Assembly (NCBI GenBank): GCA_016839705.1
Contig: JAEOTR010000023.1
Span: forward strand, 1-64,000
Direction of reading: 5' to 3'
Origin: Promethearchaeota archaeon
GTDB taxonomy: Archaea; Asgardarchaeota; Lokiarchaeia; Sigyniarchaeales; SOKP01
DNA length: 64,000 bases
Positions 20,845 through 31,432 of this stretch are shown here, piece by piece; positions within the stretch are counted from its first letter, which is position 1; every line of letters starts with the position of its first letter. Under the pieces are notes generated by a model. That model was not told the origin of the DNA. It saw nothing but the letters and a program-made list of their open reading frames with translations, and did not search any database. A program made the position numbers and the translations under genes.

Positions 20845-22896
20845 ATGTCGAAACTCAAAGTGAAAAAAGTTATAATTTTTAAACATGGTGTTTCCTATTA
20901 CATTCTTGAAGGCACACTGAAAGGCTCAAGTACATTTGAACTTGAATTTAAAATCGATGAGATGAATGATGTACTGAAGTCGCTTTTTGTTTTAGACACT
21001 AGTGAAAAAGGATATATATCATCTATTTCTTATGACGCGGCTTTAGAGACGTCTCAATTATTAAAATCCATAATGTTAAACATACCAGATCTAGATTCAT
21101 TCTCCTCGTTAGTTAGTCAGATTAAAGGAGCAGATATCAGTATTACAATTGGAGGGGCTAAAAAAATATCAGGGAAGATAATGGGGATTGAATTTTACGA
21201 GAAATTAAGTAAGAATGAAAAAATTACAGAGAAACAATTAGTACTTCTACAAGATGATGGTTTAATTACTAAACATGACTTCTTAGAAATCAAATCAATT
21301 GATATAATGAATGATGAGATTAAGAAAGATTTGAAATTCTTCTTAGAGACTGTAATCGCCGGAAAAAAGAAAGATGCTAAGAATATAATAATTAATTGCG
21401 AATCTGGAGGAGAAGATGAAGTTGAGAGGAATATTTTTGTTTCATATATTCGCGAAAGCCCTATATGGAAAACGTCATATCGTTTAATTATGAGCAAGAA
21501 GCAAGCATTGGAGCAGAAATGCCTACTCTCTGGTTGGGGTCTTATAGAAAACACTACAAATCAAGATTGGGAAGGTGTAGAATTATCTTTAGTAGCAGGA
21601 ATGCCCGTTTCTTTTATTTATGAATTCTATCGGCCAATATTTATTCAGCGCCCAATAATTCAACCCCCAAAAGTATTAAGCGCACGTCCTACTGAAATTG
21701 AAGAAGGTTTAGAGATGGAAAAATATGAAGAATACGGTACAGCGATGGAGGATGCATTACCCGCCGCAGAAATGGTTTCAGCTAAAAAAAGGGCTAGAGC
21801 CCCAAGGGGTCCTCCTGGAGCTGCTCCATCACGAGCATTAGGGATTATAGGGGGAGGAATGTCTGATGAGGCTTTCTTAGATAAAATTTCATCACAGACA
21901 AAGATTCAGACAAAAGATCTAGGAGAATTATTTGAATATACCATTTCAAATCCAGTGACGATAAAAAGAAAACAATCCGGATTAGTTCCAATACTCACTG
22001 AATCAATACAAGCAAAAAGAGTTTTACTGTACAACATGAATGACCATGATAAAAATCCCAACGCGTGTTTAGAAATCACCAATAATACGAATTTAACTTT
22101 AGAAAGAGGTCCCTCTACGATCATCTATGACGATAATCTCGCAGGAGAAGCCATCATTCCCTTCTTAAATAAAGGTGATACGAGATTGCTAAATTATGCG
22201 GTAGAACAAGCGGTACTTATTACCCATGAACAAAAATCTGAGAATAAAAGCGTACATAGGGTAACTTTTGGGAGTGGATATTCCTATGAATATTATTATA
22301 CTAATTTAATGACAACCTATAAGATTAAAAATAAAACTGACGAAGAAAAGGAAATATATTTAGATCATCCCAAGACGCATGGATATAAATTTATAGATAA
22401 GCCTATTGACCCTGAGGAAACTCCTAATTACTGGCGTTTTAAGATTACATTAAAACCTAAAGATGCAATTAATTTTGAGATTAAAGAGCAAAGAGAAGAT
22501 TATTCTAGCAATTATTTATGGGATTTTAACAAGGAAGATTTCTTGAAAAGAGTTGGTTTTTATGTTAAACAGAAATTTATTAATACTGAACTTGAAACCC
22601 AATTAAAAGAGGTTGCGGAATTAATTCAAACTCTAAACAATTTAAGAGCAAATGATGAAAAATTGAATGAAGAAAGAGATTTGATGACTGATGAACAAGC
22701 AAGGTTAAGAGAAAATATTTCTGTCTTAGGTGATGACACCCAATCTGTTTCATTAAAAGAAAGATACATTAAAAAATTGAGTACTCAAGAAACTAGGTTT
22801 GAAGCAATTAAGAAAGAACTAAAAACATTAGATAAGAAGATGACTGAATTAGATAAAAAAATTGCAGAAAAAATGGATATGCTCTCTCCTCCATAA
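20845..22896 (+). CDS. DUF4139/DUF4140-type protein with C-terminal coiled coil
   Basis: KVIIFKHGVSY, MNDVLKSL, PIWKTSYRL, ENTTNQDW, LVAGMP, GELFEY; heptad-rich C-terminus. Confidence 0.75.
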   Translation: MSKLKVKKVIIFKHGVSYYILEGTLKGSSTFELEFKIDEMNDVLKSLFVLDTSEKGYISSISYDAALETSQLLKSIMLNIPDLDSFSSLVSQIKGADISITIGGAKKISGKIMGIEFYEKLSKNEKITEKQLVLLQDDGLITKHDFLEIKSIDIMNDEIKKDLKFFLETVIAGKKKDAKNIIINCESGGEDEVERNIFVSYIRESPIWKTSYRLIMSKKQALEQKCLLSGWGLIENTTNQDWEGVELSLVAGMPVSFIYEFYRPIFIQRPIIQPPKVLSARPTEIEEGLEMEKYEEYGTAMEDALPAAEMVSAKKRARAPRGPPGAAPSRALGIIGGGMSDEAFLDKISSQTKIQTKDLGELFEYTISNPVTIKRKQSGLVPILTESIQAKRVLLYNMNDHDKNPNACLEITNNTNLTLERGPSTIIYDDNLAGEAIIPFLNKGDTRLLNYAVEQAVLITHEQKSENKSVHRVTFGSGYSYEYYYTNLMTTYKIKNKTDEEKEIYLDHPKTHGYKFIDKPIDPEETPNYWRFKITLKPKDAINFEIKEQREDYSSNYLWDFNKEDFLKRVGFYVKQKFINTELETQLKEVAELIQTLNNLRANDEKLNEERDLMTDEQARLRENISVLGDDTQSVSLKERYIKKLSTQETRFEAIKKELKTLDKKMTELDKKIAEKMDMLSPP

Positions 22897-22937
22897 TATT
22901 TATACTGGGAGTTGGAAAAAACCACAGAGGTCTAAAT

Positions 22938-23573
22938 TTGATAAGTGTTACCTTGTCTTTATGGGATACCGGGGGTCAAGAGCGGTTCAACTTTTTCAAA
23001 ACCGATTTTTTCAAGGGAGTTGCTGCTGTTGCTTTAGTATTTGACTTATCTCGACCAGATACATTTGAATCGGTAGATGAATATTTCGGAGATATCCGAG
23101 AACTCTCTGGAAATATTCCTATAATTTTAGTGGGAAATAAGGATGATTTAAAAAAAGATATTGGGGAAACTATTCCACGAGATAAAATAATACAAATGGT
23201 GAATCAATATAATTTGTTTGAGTATCTCGAGACATCCGCATTAGAAAACCTAAACGTAGAAAAACTATTTTATAGATTAGCTTTAACATCTTTAATAGAT
23301 ATAAAACCAAGATTAGGAGAGATAATCGATTCTAATCACTTTAGGTTTAAAATCCTTCTCGTTGGAGCTGCAGCTGTTGGGAAATCTACGCTAATAAATG
23401 TTTTTACCAAAAAGAAATTTGAAGAAAATTACAAATTGACTGTTGGATTAGATTTTATGATCCAAGACCTTGAAATTGAAGAAGAGGATATCCCGAATGA
23501 AACTCTCACCCTAATGAAAAGCGCAACTAAAAAGAAAAGGATCAAAAAGATTCGAAAAAAAGAAGAAGATTAA
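22938..23573 (+). CDS. Circularly permuted Rab-like small GTPase
   Basis: Motif order WDTGGQ (G3), NKDD (G4), ETSA (G5), GAAAVGKST (G1), TVGLDF (G2); GAGGT SD before TTG. Confidence 0.8.
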   Translation: MISVTLSLWDTGGQERFNFFKTDFFKGVAAVALVFDLSRPDTFESVDEYFGDIRELSGNIPIILVGNKDDLKKDIGETIPRDKIIQMVNQYNLFEYLETSALENLNVEKLFYRLALTSLIDIKPRLGEIIDSNHFRFKILLVGAAAVGKSTLINVFTKKKFEENYKLTVGLDFMIQDLEIEEEDIPNETLTLMKSATKKKRIKKIRKKEED

Positions 23574-23711
23574 GACAATTTTGGATATATTTATAGGTTA
23601 ATAATAGTCATGAACCATATTCTTATTTATTAGTATTAATTTGTTAATTCTTACAAGTTATATTTTGAGAAAAAGAAATAAATGATAATAAACTACTGAA
23701 TATAAATCAAT

Positions 23712-23930
23712 TTGGTGAGAAATATGAGTATAACCCAACTTGAAGAAGAAAGAGATGAGTTATTGGACCAAATAGAAGCCCTCGAAGAAAAATGTGATAC
23801 TTTACCAATATGTGAGGAAGATGATGGCTGCGAAAGATGTGAAACTTTTGCTAAAATTGAAGCACTTTCTACTAAGGTAGAAGAAATTGAAGATAAAATC
23901 GAAGATTTACTGGGCGAGGACGAGGATTAA
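23712..23930 (+). CDS. Small acidic coiled-coil protein with four Cys
   Basis: C-x5-C-x5-C-x2-C between two heptad helices; start probably ATG 23724. Confidence 0.65.
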   Translation: MVRNMSITQLEEERDELLDQIEALEEKCDTLPICEEDDGCERCETFAKIEALSTKVEEIEDKIEDLLGEDED

Positions 23931-24018
23931 CCACTCAAATTTCTAAAATTAAGTTTTTTTCCTTTATTTTCTTACTTATAATTTTCTTTTCAATAAAAAA
24001 AAAGAAGGATAAGTTTTT

Positions 24019-25320
24019 TTATAGGTTTTTGAATAATCTCCTTAAACCTCTGGACATGATCAGTTTTTGGACTTCTTTCGTACCTCCGACCACTTCTAAA
24101 ATCCTCGAAACTCCAATATAATCATGCATTAAGGTATTATCGCATACACCCGCACCTCCCATAGAGTTTGCAGATTCGAAGCATACCTCTTTCGCTAATT
24201 TAGCACATATATATTTGTATTGACTCGCTGAAGAAACCATTGATTGAGCTACCGGATCAGGCAAATTTCCACCGTATTTCTTGACTTTTTCATCATATTT
24301 TTCTGCGAATTTTAAAACACCGTGAGTTATTGCTGCCGTTTTAGCCCATAAATCTGCTAAGGTAAATCCAACTCCCTGAAAAAGCAAAATTTCTTTATCA
24401 AACTGTCTTCTCATATTGGCGTATATAGTAGAATGAGCCAATGCTCCCCAACAAGCACTTATACATCTCACTGCAATTGCAATTCTTTCAGGAATTAAAC
24501 CTTCAAAAAGATGTTCTCTCCCCTTTCCAATTCCTCCCAAAACATATTCTTTTGGTACTCTTAGATTCTTAAGCCGTTCTTTTCCTATAAATAACTTGGG
24601 TGTCCAAGGAATGTTTACTCGTTCAATATTCCAACCCTCCCAGGAGGTATTAATTAAAAATTGTCCCATTAAATTTCCCTGATTTTTCTCTGCGGTGGCA
24701 TAAGAAACAGCCCATTTTGCTTTAGGGGCATTGGTATTAAATATTTTTTCTCCGTTTAGGAGAAAACTCCCATCATCCTGTTTATCACAAGTTGTTAATT
24801 GATGTACGGCATCAGATCCTCTTTCGGGTTCTGTTATTAATAAACATCCTACTTCTTGACCTGTGACGAGTTCTTTCAATGCGTCTAGTCTCACAGGAAC
24901 ATTTTCATGGTGAGCATAAATAGGATTGATACAAATAACTGTTGCCCCAGTACTCATTGCAAATTGAGGATCGAAATTATCTAAGGCTAAGATTCTCATA
25001 AATTCAATAGCCATTCCATAATCTTCATAATTTAAATCAATACATTTATAAGGTGTTTGACGAGTAATATAACCTTCCTTCCCAAAATCTGGTACCCAAT
25101 CATAGATATCCTCATCTGGTCCATGTGTTATTTTATTCTTAGTTTCATAATTGAGGCAGAATTCCTGCACTTGATTAAGAAATTTAAATTCTTTTTCAGA
25201 AAGTATCGTTCTTAAATTATCATTTACAAAATTATATCGGTTTTGAAGACTTAATTTTGCTAATATTTCGTCATTAATAACTTGTGTTTCAAATCGCTTT
25301 TTCTCACTCATTTTATTCAA
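24019..25320 (-). CDS. Acyl-CoA dehydrogenase
   Basis: ITEPERGSD, LNGEKIFNTN, RRQFDK.I..FQGV, MGGAG. Confidence 0.92.
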   Translation of the reverse strand: MNKMSEKKRFETQVINDEILAKLSLQNRYNFVNDNLRTILSEKEFKFLNQVQEFCLNYETKNKITHGPDEDIYDWVPDFGKEGYITRQTPYKCIDLNYEDYGMAIEFMRILALDNFDPQFAMSTGATVICINPIYAHHENVPVRLDALKELVTGQEVGCLLITEPERGSDAVHQLTTCDKQDDGSFLLNGEKIFNTNAPKAKWAVSYATAEKNQGNLMGQFLINTSWEGWNIERVNIPWTPKLFIGKERLKNLRVPKEYVLGGIGKGREHLFEGLIPERIAIAVRCISACWGALAHSTIYANMRRQFDKEILLFQGVGFTLADLWAKTAAITHGVLKFAEKYDEKVKKYGGNLPDPVAQSMVSSASQYKYICAKLAKEVCFESANSMGGAGVCDNTLMHDYIGVSRILEVVGGTKEVQKLIMSRGLRRLFKNL

Positions 25321-25376
25321 TTGCTTTATTTTTGATTTTTTAATTTGTATAAATTTTTACCTCGAAAAAATTTTTT

Positions 25377-27620
25377 TTAATTTGGGATTAAATTGAAAAT
25401 TCCTTCGAGATTTTTAGAAATTGCTTCTTTAGTATATAGTAAAGGAACATATTTCCCTCTTAACCATAGTTTCATCAAATCGTTGTAATGCTTATGGAAA
25501 GGTAAACCAGATTGACCTCCAGGAATAACTCCGATAGATTTATCCCAATCAGATAAATCATGAATATGTCGGAATGAGGGCCCCACAATGTTTTCATAAT
25601 TATTCATTGGATCAAATGAACCATTACATAGAGTATTTCCATCCCCTCCAATTTTAAATGGCCCAATATTTAACATTTTAGCTTCCTCATTTGCCTGAGA
25701 AAATGGGTGAGTTAGAACCACTTTATGAAGATTTCCCCATTTCCATTTATTAATATCTGATGATAATCTCTCTGATAAGAACATAATTGTATTTTCTAAT
25801 GCAGCTAATAATTTTTCCTCAAGTTCTTCATTGTTATCACCATAAATCTTAAATAATCTTTTGAGCTCGAATGGATTTGATGTTAAATAGATATCGAAGA
25901 GCTCCTTTCCGATTAGGGGAACTAATATTATTCTTAAAGATTCTTGGAACCAAATTTTGTAAATAGTTCCTGCCACCGTATTTTTCGTAAGGTAATAATC
26001 CCAGTTTTCTAATAAAGTAATAACCTCCCTTAGTTGATTGGATTGTACTTTACCTTTGACATAATTAAGCATTATAGGTAATAACTCCTGTGCTTCTTCA
26101 GTAAAAAGATCTAATTGAAAACTCTTAAAATCTTCAAACGAAAATTTTTCTTTTCCTTGAAGTAATTTTTTGATCCTCAATTGTCGGTAAGGTCTATTAC
26201 TATCCTGAGCTAATAATACACCGTTAGGTGCTTTTTCTTCATTATAATTAGCAGTATACACAAACCCATAATCCGGGTTATATATTGAAAACATCTTCTC
26301 GAATGGTACAAGATCACTCCAATTATATTTCTCATCGGTCCCAGGAGTTACCATTGCTCCATCTCCAAATCTACGTTGAGGAAGCCTTCCTCCATGTTGA
26401 TGACCAATGTTCCCTTCCACATCACCATATATGAAATTTTGAGGTGTAACCGTTATTTTACCTACTGCTTCACGAAACTCCTCCCAATTAGATGCCGAAT
26501 TTATCATTCTAAAGCCTTCTAACGAATCCTCTAAATTTGCAATATAACTGGTCCACTTCATAGCATATTTTCCAGGGAGCTTAATTTTATGAGTTTTGGT
26601 TTCAAGTTCGAGATATTTCATAATTGGTCCAAATTTAGTTAATTTTACTTTATAATCAAGCGGACTAGAAGAACCTTGAATGCTTATTGGTTCATTAACT
26701 ACCTCAAAATCGACCCATTTGCCATTATACATGTATTGATTTTTATTTTCTGGATTAATCTCGAGCTTGAACAAGTCAACATTATCTGTGTGTACTGTAG
26801 TAGCTCCCCACGCAATTTTATCATTGTGACCTAAAATGATAACTGGAACACCTGGAAATGATGACCCAATGGAATTAAAATCAGAGCAACTTAAATGCAT
26901 GAGTATCCAAATTGATGGCAAAGTGAGATTTAAGTGTGGATCATTAGCAAATAAAACTGATCCTGAATTTGATTTGTTGGGGCTAACAACCCATCCGTTA
27001 CTTCCCTTAGATCTATCAATCTTTGCTCCAGAATAGAGGGGGATTATTTTATCTGCCATTTCAACCCCTAAATCCATAATTAAATGCTCCCGTAATAATT
27101 CTAGAGTATAACTCCAACCTCCCAAACCCCATTCAATTAAACTCATAATCCTAAGCGAATCTTCCAGAGTCCATACTTGAGGTTTAATATTAATAATGGC
27201 AAATTCGAGAGGTAGGTTTTCCAAGGCCTTTTGAATTCCAACATTTACACCTTTTACATATGATTTTAAACCTTGGAAGATTTCGTTATTTGGGTTTTTT
27301 CTTAAATTTTCCACACTTCTCTTTGCGATTCGATGCAATCCAAGTGTACGATAATGCTTGTCTCGATCTAATGTTGCTTCACCAACAATTTCTGATAATT
27401 CCCCAGAAGTGACTCTCCTAAAAAATTCCAATTGCCATAATCTATGGGAAGCATGGATATAACCTTGAGCAAAATAAGCATCATTTGCAGATTTAGCATA
27501 AATATGCGGGATACCCCATTTATCCCACAATATCTCAACCTCATCTTGAATCCCTTCTACTTTTTCGATCCCAGATACAGAAGGAAAAGCATTCTTCGCA
27601 ATGTTTAATAAATCTTCCAT
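25377..27620 (-). CDS. Penicillin acylase / Ntn-hydrolase family S45 amidase, no signal peptide
   Basis: DKWGIPHIYA, RLWQLE, autocleavage GSNGW, ANDPHL, PGGQSG. Confidence 0.92.
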   Translation of the reverse strand: MEDLLNIAKNAFPSVSGIEKVEGIQDEVEILWDKWGIPHIYAKSANDAYFAQGYIHASHRLWQLEFFRRVTSGELSEIVGEATLDRDKHYRTLGLHRIAKRSVENLRKNPNNEIFQGLKSYVKGVNVGIQKALENLPLEFAIINIKPQVWTLEDSLRIMSLIEWGLGGWSYTLELLREHLIMDLGVEMADKIIPLYSGAKIDRSKGSNGWVVSPNKSNSGSVLFANDPHLNLTLPSIWILMHLSCSDFNSIGSSFPGVPVIILGHNDKIAWGATTVHTDNVDLFKLEINPENKNQYMYNGKWVDFEVVNEPISIQGSSSPLDYKVKLTKFGPIMKYLELETKTHKIKLPGKYAMKWTSYIANLEDSLEGFRMINSASNWEEFREAVGKITVTPQNFIYGDVEGNIGHQHGGRLPQRRFGDGAMVTPGTDEKYNWSDLVPFEKMFSIYNPDYGFVYTANYNEEKAPNGVLLAQDSNRPYRQLRIKKLLQGKEKFSFEDFKSFQLDLFTEEAQELLPIMLNYVKGKVQSNQLREVITLLENWDYYLTKNTVAGTIYKIWFQESLRIILVPLIGKELFDIYLTSNPFELKRLFKIYGDNNEELEEKLLAALENTIMFLSERLSSDINKWKWGNLHKVVLTHPFSQANEEAKMLNIGPFKIGGDGNTLCNGSFDPMNNYENIVGPSFRHIHDLSDWDKSIGVIPGGQSGLPFHKHYNDLMKLWLRGKYVPLLYTKEAISKNLEGIFNLIPN

Positions 27621-27790
27621 TTTAAACTCTTCTCAAATTGGAATATGTATTTATTAATATTGAATGAGTTAAAAGGAATATCAAATAACAAAAGAATAAG
27701 GAAAAATAAGATTTTAGAGCATATAAAATCATTTAAAAATTCAAAGACCTTCAAAGATAGTATTTATTGGCTCTTCTTCTTAATTATCAA

Positions 27791-29044
27791 TTATGAAATT
27801 TTTTGCTTAATAACGTCTTTTGCTTTTTTTAATTTTTCTAAAGCATTAATATAATCCCCTTCCATAAATTGAAATATTGCATCATTCGCAGGTTTTACTA
27901 ACTCATTTCTCTCCTCGTCATTTAGTTTAGAGAGATTAGTAATTAGTTCTTGACCAATATTAATAGCTTTAGCCCAAATTGATTTAAAATTTTTCGGTAA
28001 TCTTGGAATTCTACTCTCTGTACTAGAAAGGGATCTGAATTTTTTATGGGGTTCTTTTTGATACCAATAAGCTACACTTGAATAATCATTTTCAAAATTA
28101 TTGGCGTGGCCATGTTCAATAGTCCATTTAATATTTTTTTTAAACCTTATGGAATCCTGAATAAACCATCGATACATGGCATTGTTCCCAGAATAATTTT
28201 TATTTTCGATTAGGTGGAATCCTGAAAAAGGACGGCAAAACTCCATTTGTGGGCTAGCTCCACCACCAAAAATTTCCTCTGTCCCTGTTCCATGTATAGA
28301 TGGAGACCATATCTCATCATCAATAAATATCATATCATCTCCTTCGCCATACCATCCTCCTGCAATATTATCAATACAGAGAAATAGACCAACTAATTTT
28401 CCATCTCCCTCAGTATCTAAAATTACATAATTATCATATCCAGTTATATTCTTACCTGGCCATAGCTGTTTATTTATATCGTTTTCTGTAATCGCGTTAG
28501 AAGTTTTGGTTAACTTTTCTCTATTCCAATACGCATGAAAATATCCAATTTCCTCTGGAAATTGTTCATCTAAAATATCATAGTCAATATGATACCATAA
28601 CGATCCATATACACCACCAAAAGTAGAAGAAGATTGATTTTCTATTTCTATTCTCGCTTTATTAGAAAATGGCATAGGAAAATATGTATTAAACCCATAA
28701 CTGCCCCCGATACCTTTATTTACAGTAATCATTAATGAATTAATTTCACGGACTCTACAATTACCAATTAGAAAAAAATCTCCAAAAGGCACTTCCACCG
28801 ATGGATTTTTCTCATTATCCCAGTATATTTTTATGATTGCTCCCCTGAAATCTAATGGATTTTGAAGGATCATGGTGAAATAAATATGTTTAATTATACC
28901 AGGACCTTCAATTTCTGCCAAGATTTTAGTGGAATTACCTTTAATACGTAAATAATCTTGATTTCCTCCTGATTTGTCCCAACTTGAAATTCTTTTGCTA
29001 GCTTTTTTACTTAGTTTAAATATATCAAAACCATTAAAATACAT
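27791..29044 (-). CDS. DUF2961 / glycoside hydrolase family 172 protein
   Basis: SSWDKSGGNQD, GPGII.HI, VEVPFGDFF, YFPMPF, WYGEGD, GTGTEE, IEHGHAN, SVAYWYQ. Confidence 0.88.
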   Translation of the reverse strand: MYFNGFDIFKLSKKASKRISSWDKSGGNQDYLRIKGNSTKILAEIEGPGIIKHIYFTMILQNPLDFRGAIIKIYWDNEKNPSVEVPFGDFFLIGNCRVREINSLMITVNKGIGGSYGFNTYFPMPFSNKARIEIENQSSSTFGGVYGSLWYHIDYDILDEQFPEEIGYFHAYWNREKLTKTSNAITENDINKQLWPGKNITGYDNYVILDTEGDGKLVGLFLCIDNIAGGWYGEGDDMIFIDDEIWSPSIHGTGTEEIFGGGASPQMEFCRPFSGFHLIENKNYSGNNAMYRWFIQDSIRFKKNIKWTIEHGHANNFENDYSSVAYWYQKEPHKKFRSLSSTESRIPRLPKNFKSIWAKAINIGQELITNLSKLNDEERNELVKPANDAIFQFMEGDYINALEKLKKAKDVIKQKIS

Positions 29045-29218
29045 ATTAGACCTATTTTATTGCTGTAAAATATCATAATGAATGAATTAATTATAATTAA
29101 ATCTTATTCTAAATCTTCCATATTTAACTCCATTCAGATTAAAATATGTAATTATTAATACTCTAGGAATTAAATGGAGATTCAAAAGAAAAAAAGAAAT
29201 AAAAGAGAAAATTAAAGC

Positions 29219-30502
29219 TTAGAGCATCTTAAAGAGCTGTCGTAGAGCCATACTCATAATATATTGCTGAATTTGCCTACTTCCTCCAAGAATTTCTTGT
29301 ATTCTTGAAATATTTACGTAATCATGCATCAAAGTGTTATCTGACAATCCAGCACCCCCCATTAAATTAGCAGCTTCATAACATACCTCTTTTGAAAGGT
29401 TTGTGGTATGATATTTAAATTGGGATGCACTGGCCACCATCGCTCGTGAGATATTTCCAGGTATTTTTCCCGCAAATTTCTCCATTTTATCATCATAAGC
29501 TTCCGCAAACTTCAACAACCCTAATGTTAAATTCGTTGTTCTTGCCCAAAGATCAGTTAATAAGAATCCAACTCCTTGGAATTTTAGAATTTCTTGATCA
29601 AACTGTTTTCGTAAATTGGCATAAATCGCAGCATGAGAAACAGCTCCCCAGCATTGGGCAATAGCACCAATTGCTATTCCTAGTCTTTCAGGCACTAATC
29701 CTTCAAAAAGATGCTCCCTTCCTTTGCCCACCCCGCCTAATACATATTCTTTGGGTACTCTTAAGTCTTCAAGAAGTTCATGACCCAAATATAATTTCGG
29801 TACCCACGGGATATTTACCCTTTCACACTTCCAGCCCTCCCAAGATGTATCAACTAAAAATTGTGCCATTAAATTACCATTATTCTGTTCTGCTGTCGCG
29901 TAAACAACCGCCCATTTTGATTTGGGAGCATTAGTGTTAAATACTTTCTCACCATTTAGAATAAATGAGCCATCTTCCTGTTCATCGCAAGTAGTCAATT
30001 GATGCACTGCATCTGAACCTCTTTCCGGTTCTGTGATACAAATACATCCTGATACCTTTCCTGTAGCAAGATCTTCTAATGCTTCTAATCTAGCAGGTAT
30101 ATTTTCATGATGTTCTAATATAGGATTAATTGCTAAAACGGTTGCTCCACTTCCCATTGCAAATTGAGGATCAAACATATCAATCGCAAAATATCGAAGA
30201 AGATCCGCAGTCATTCCATGATAATCATAATTTATATCAATCATTTCAAAATTATGCGCTCGAGTAATATATCCTTCTGCCCCAAATGCAGGGATCCAAT
30301 CATAAATATCTTCTTCTGGACCATGAGTGATTCCATTTTTTTTCTCGAATCTTAGACAAAACTTTTGAACTTTCTTTAAATGATTAAATTGTTCAGGAGA
30401 TAAGATTGCCATTAAGTTATTATTTAAGAAATTGTAGCGATTTTTTAGGCTGAGTTTATCTAAAATCTCGTCATTTATGACTTTATTCATATATTTAGAC
30501 AT
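29219..30502 (-). CDS. Acyl-CoA dehydrogenase (paralog of 24019-25320)
   Basis: ITEPERGSD, LNGEKVFNTN, RKQFDQEILKFQGV; long stretches identical to the upstream paralog. Confidence 0.92.
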   Translation of the reverse strand: MSKYMNKVINDEILDKLSLKNRYNFLNNNLMAILSPEQFNHLKKVQKFCLRFEKKNGITHGPEEDIYDWIPAFGAEGYITRAHNFEMIDINYDYHGMTADLLRYFAIDMFDPQFAMGSGATVLAINPILEHHENIPARLEALEDLATGKVSGCICITEPERGSDAVHQLTTCDEQEDGSFILNGEKVFNTNAPKSKWAVVYATAEQNNGNLMAQFLVDTSWEGWKCERVNIPWVPKLYLGHELLEDLRVPKEYVLGGVGKGREHLFEGLVPERLGIAIGAIAQCWGAVSHAAIYANLRKQFDQEILKFQGVGFLLTDLWARTTNLTLGLLKFAEAYDDKMEKFAGKIPGNISRAMVASASQFKYHTTNLSKEVCYEAANLMGGAGLSDNTLMHDYVNISRIQEILGGSRQIQQYIMSMALRQLFKML

Positions 30503-30679
30503 ACCTTTTACCCCTCTAGTTTATTAAAATTGTAAATACTATTCATGAAAAAAGTAATTTTAATTTTTGGTTTTCTAAAATAATTTGATTCAATATTGCA
30601 AATTGTTTTACTTTTTTTTAAATCCTTATTTATAGAATGATTAATATTGTTCCGTTTTCATTTTGAATATTCAATACAT

Positions 30680-31432
30680 TCAACAAATTAGTTTTTGTAG
30701 TCTGTTTGAAAATCTCTTTGATATAATAAGAGCCGTTTCGAACGGACAATTATTTTTAAACTGAATAACTGAAATAAAATGTTCATCAATTCCTATTAAG
30801 GATAGAACTCCAAATTTTTCGAGGGATATAAGCTCATTAACTCTATAATTCCCTGAAAGAAACCTACCTTCTAATAGCTTAATAATTTCTGAAACCACAT
30901 TTGGCTGTAAATTAGAAACAATAACCCTCCCAGTCTGAGTTAGTAGCGCAGAAGCTACAACGAAAGAAGAAAAAGTGTGTAATTCATTGAAAATCCCCAG
31001 TAAATCTCTTTTCACATCTTCTGAGACTAATTGATTTCCGGTTTCCATTATTTTATTGATATTATGCTCAAAATCGAAAAACTGAGAAATCTCACCATCA
31101 AAATTATCAGTTAATCGATTGAGATCAAATTTATTCAAAAATTGATTTTTAATTTCTCTCAATTGGTTTCTAAGTTCAACTAAATTATCTGTTCTATCGC
31201 TAAACAAGGCAAAAAGCAATTCATCACTCTTAATCTTCTCAATTTCAAATATAAAGCGAAAAAGGCCTACTTCTATTTCAGATAATTCTTCTGTTTTTAG
31301 GGTTTGCTTAACAAATGAAAATATCGCACTGAGAAAGCTGCTAGTTAATTTAACGTTAAATATATCTTCATAAGTTTTATAAAAGATTAATTCACCTGTG
31401 TTGCCTTTCATTATGAAGATATTCTTAATCAT
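30680..31432 (-). CDS. Longin-like plus roadblock-like two-domain protein (Asgard eukaryotic-signature type)
   Basis: N-terminal IFIM..TGELIF...LTSSFLSAIFSF (longin pattern); C-terminal VVASALLTQTGRVIVSNL (roadblock pattern). Confidence 0.65.
   Translation of the reverse strand: MIKNIFIMKGNTGELIFYKTYEDIFNVKLTSSFLSAIFSFVKQTLKTEELSEIEVGLFRFIFEIEKIKSDELLFALFSDRTDNLVELRNQLREIKNQFLNKFDLNRLTDNFDGEISQFFDFEHNINKIMETGNQLVSEDVKRDLLGIFNELHTFSSFVVASALLTQTGRVIVSNLQPNVVSEIIKLLEGRFLSGNYRVNELISLEKFGVLSLIGIDEHFISVIQFKNNCPFETALIISKRFSNRLQKLIC

Noticed and set aside
22896-22937. In-frame GVGK-like sequence upstream of the permuted GTPase, suggesting a decayed G1 box
   Set aside because: No start codon, no room for helix 1/switch I, and the segment contains a TATA box and SD. 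Kept only as a caveat to the permutation finding.
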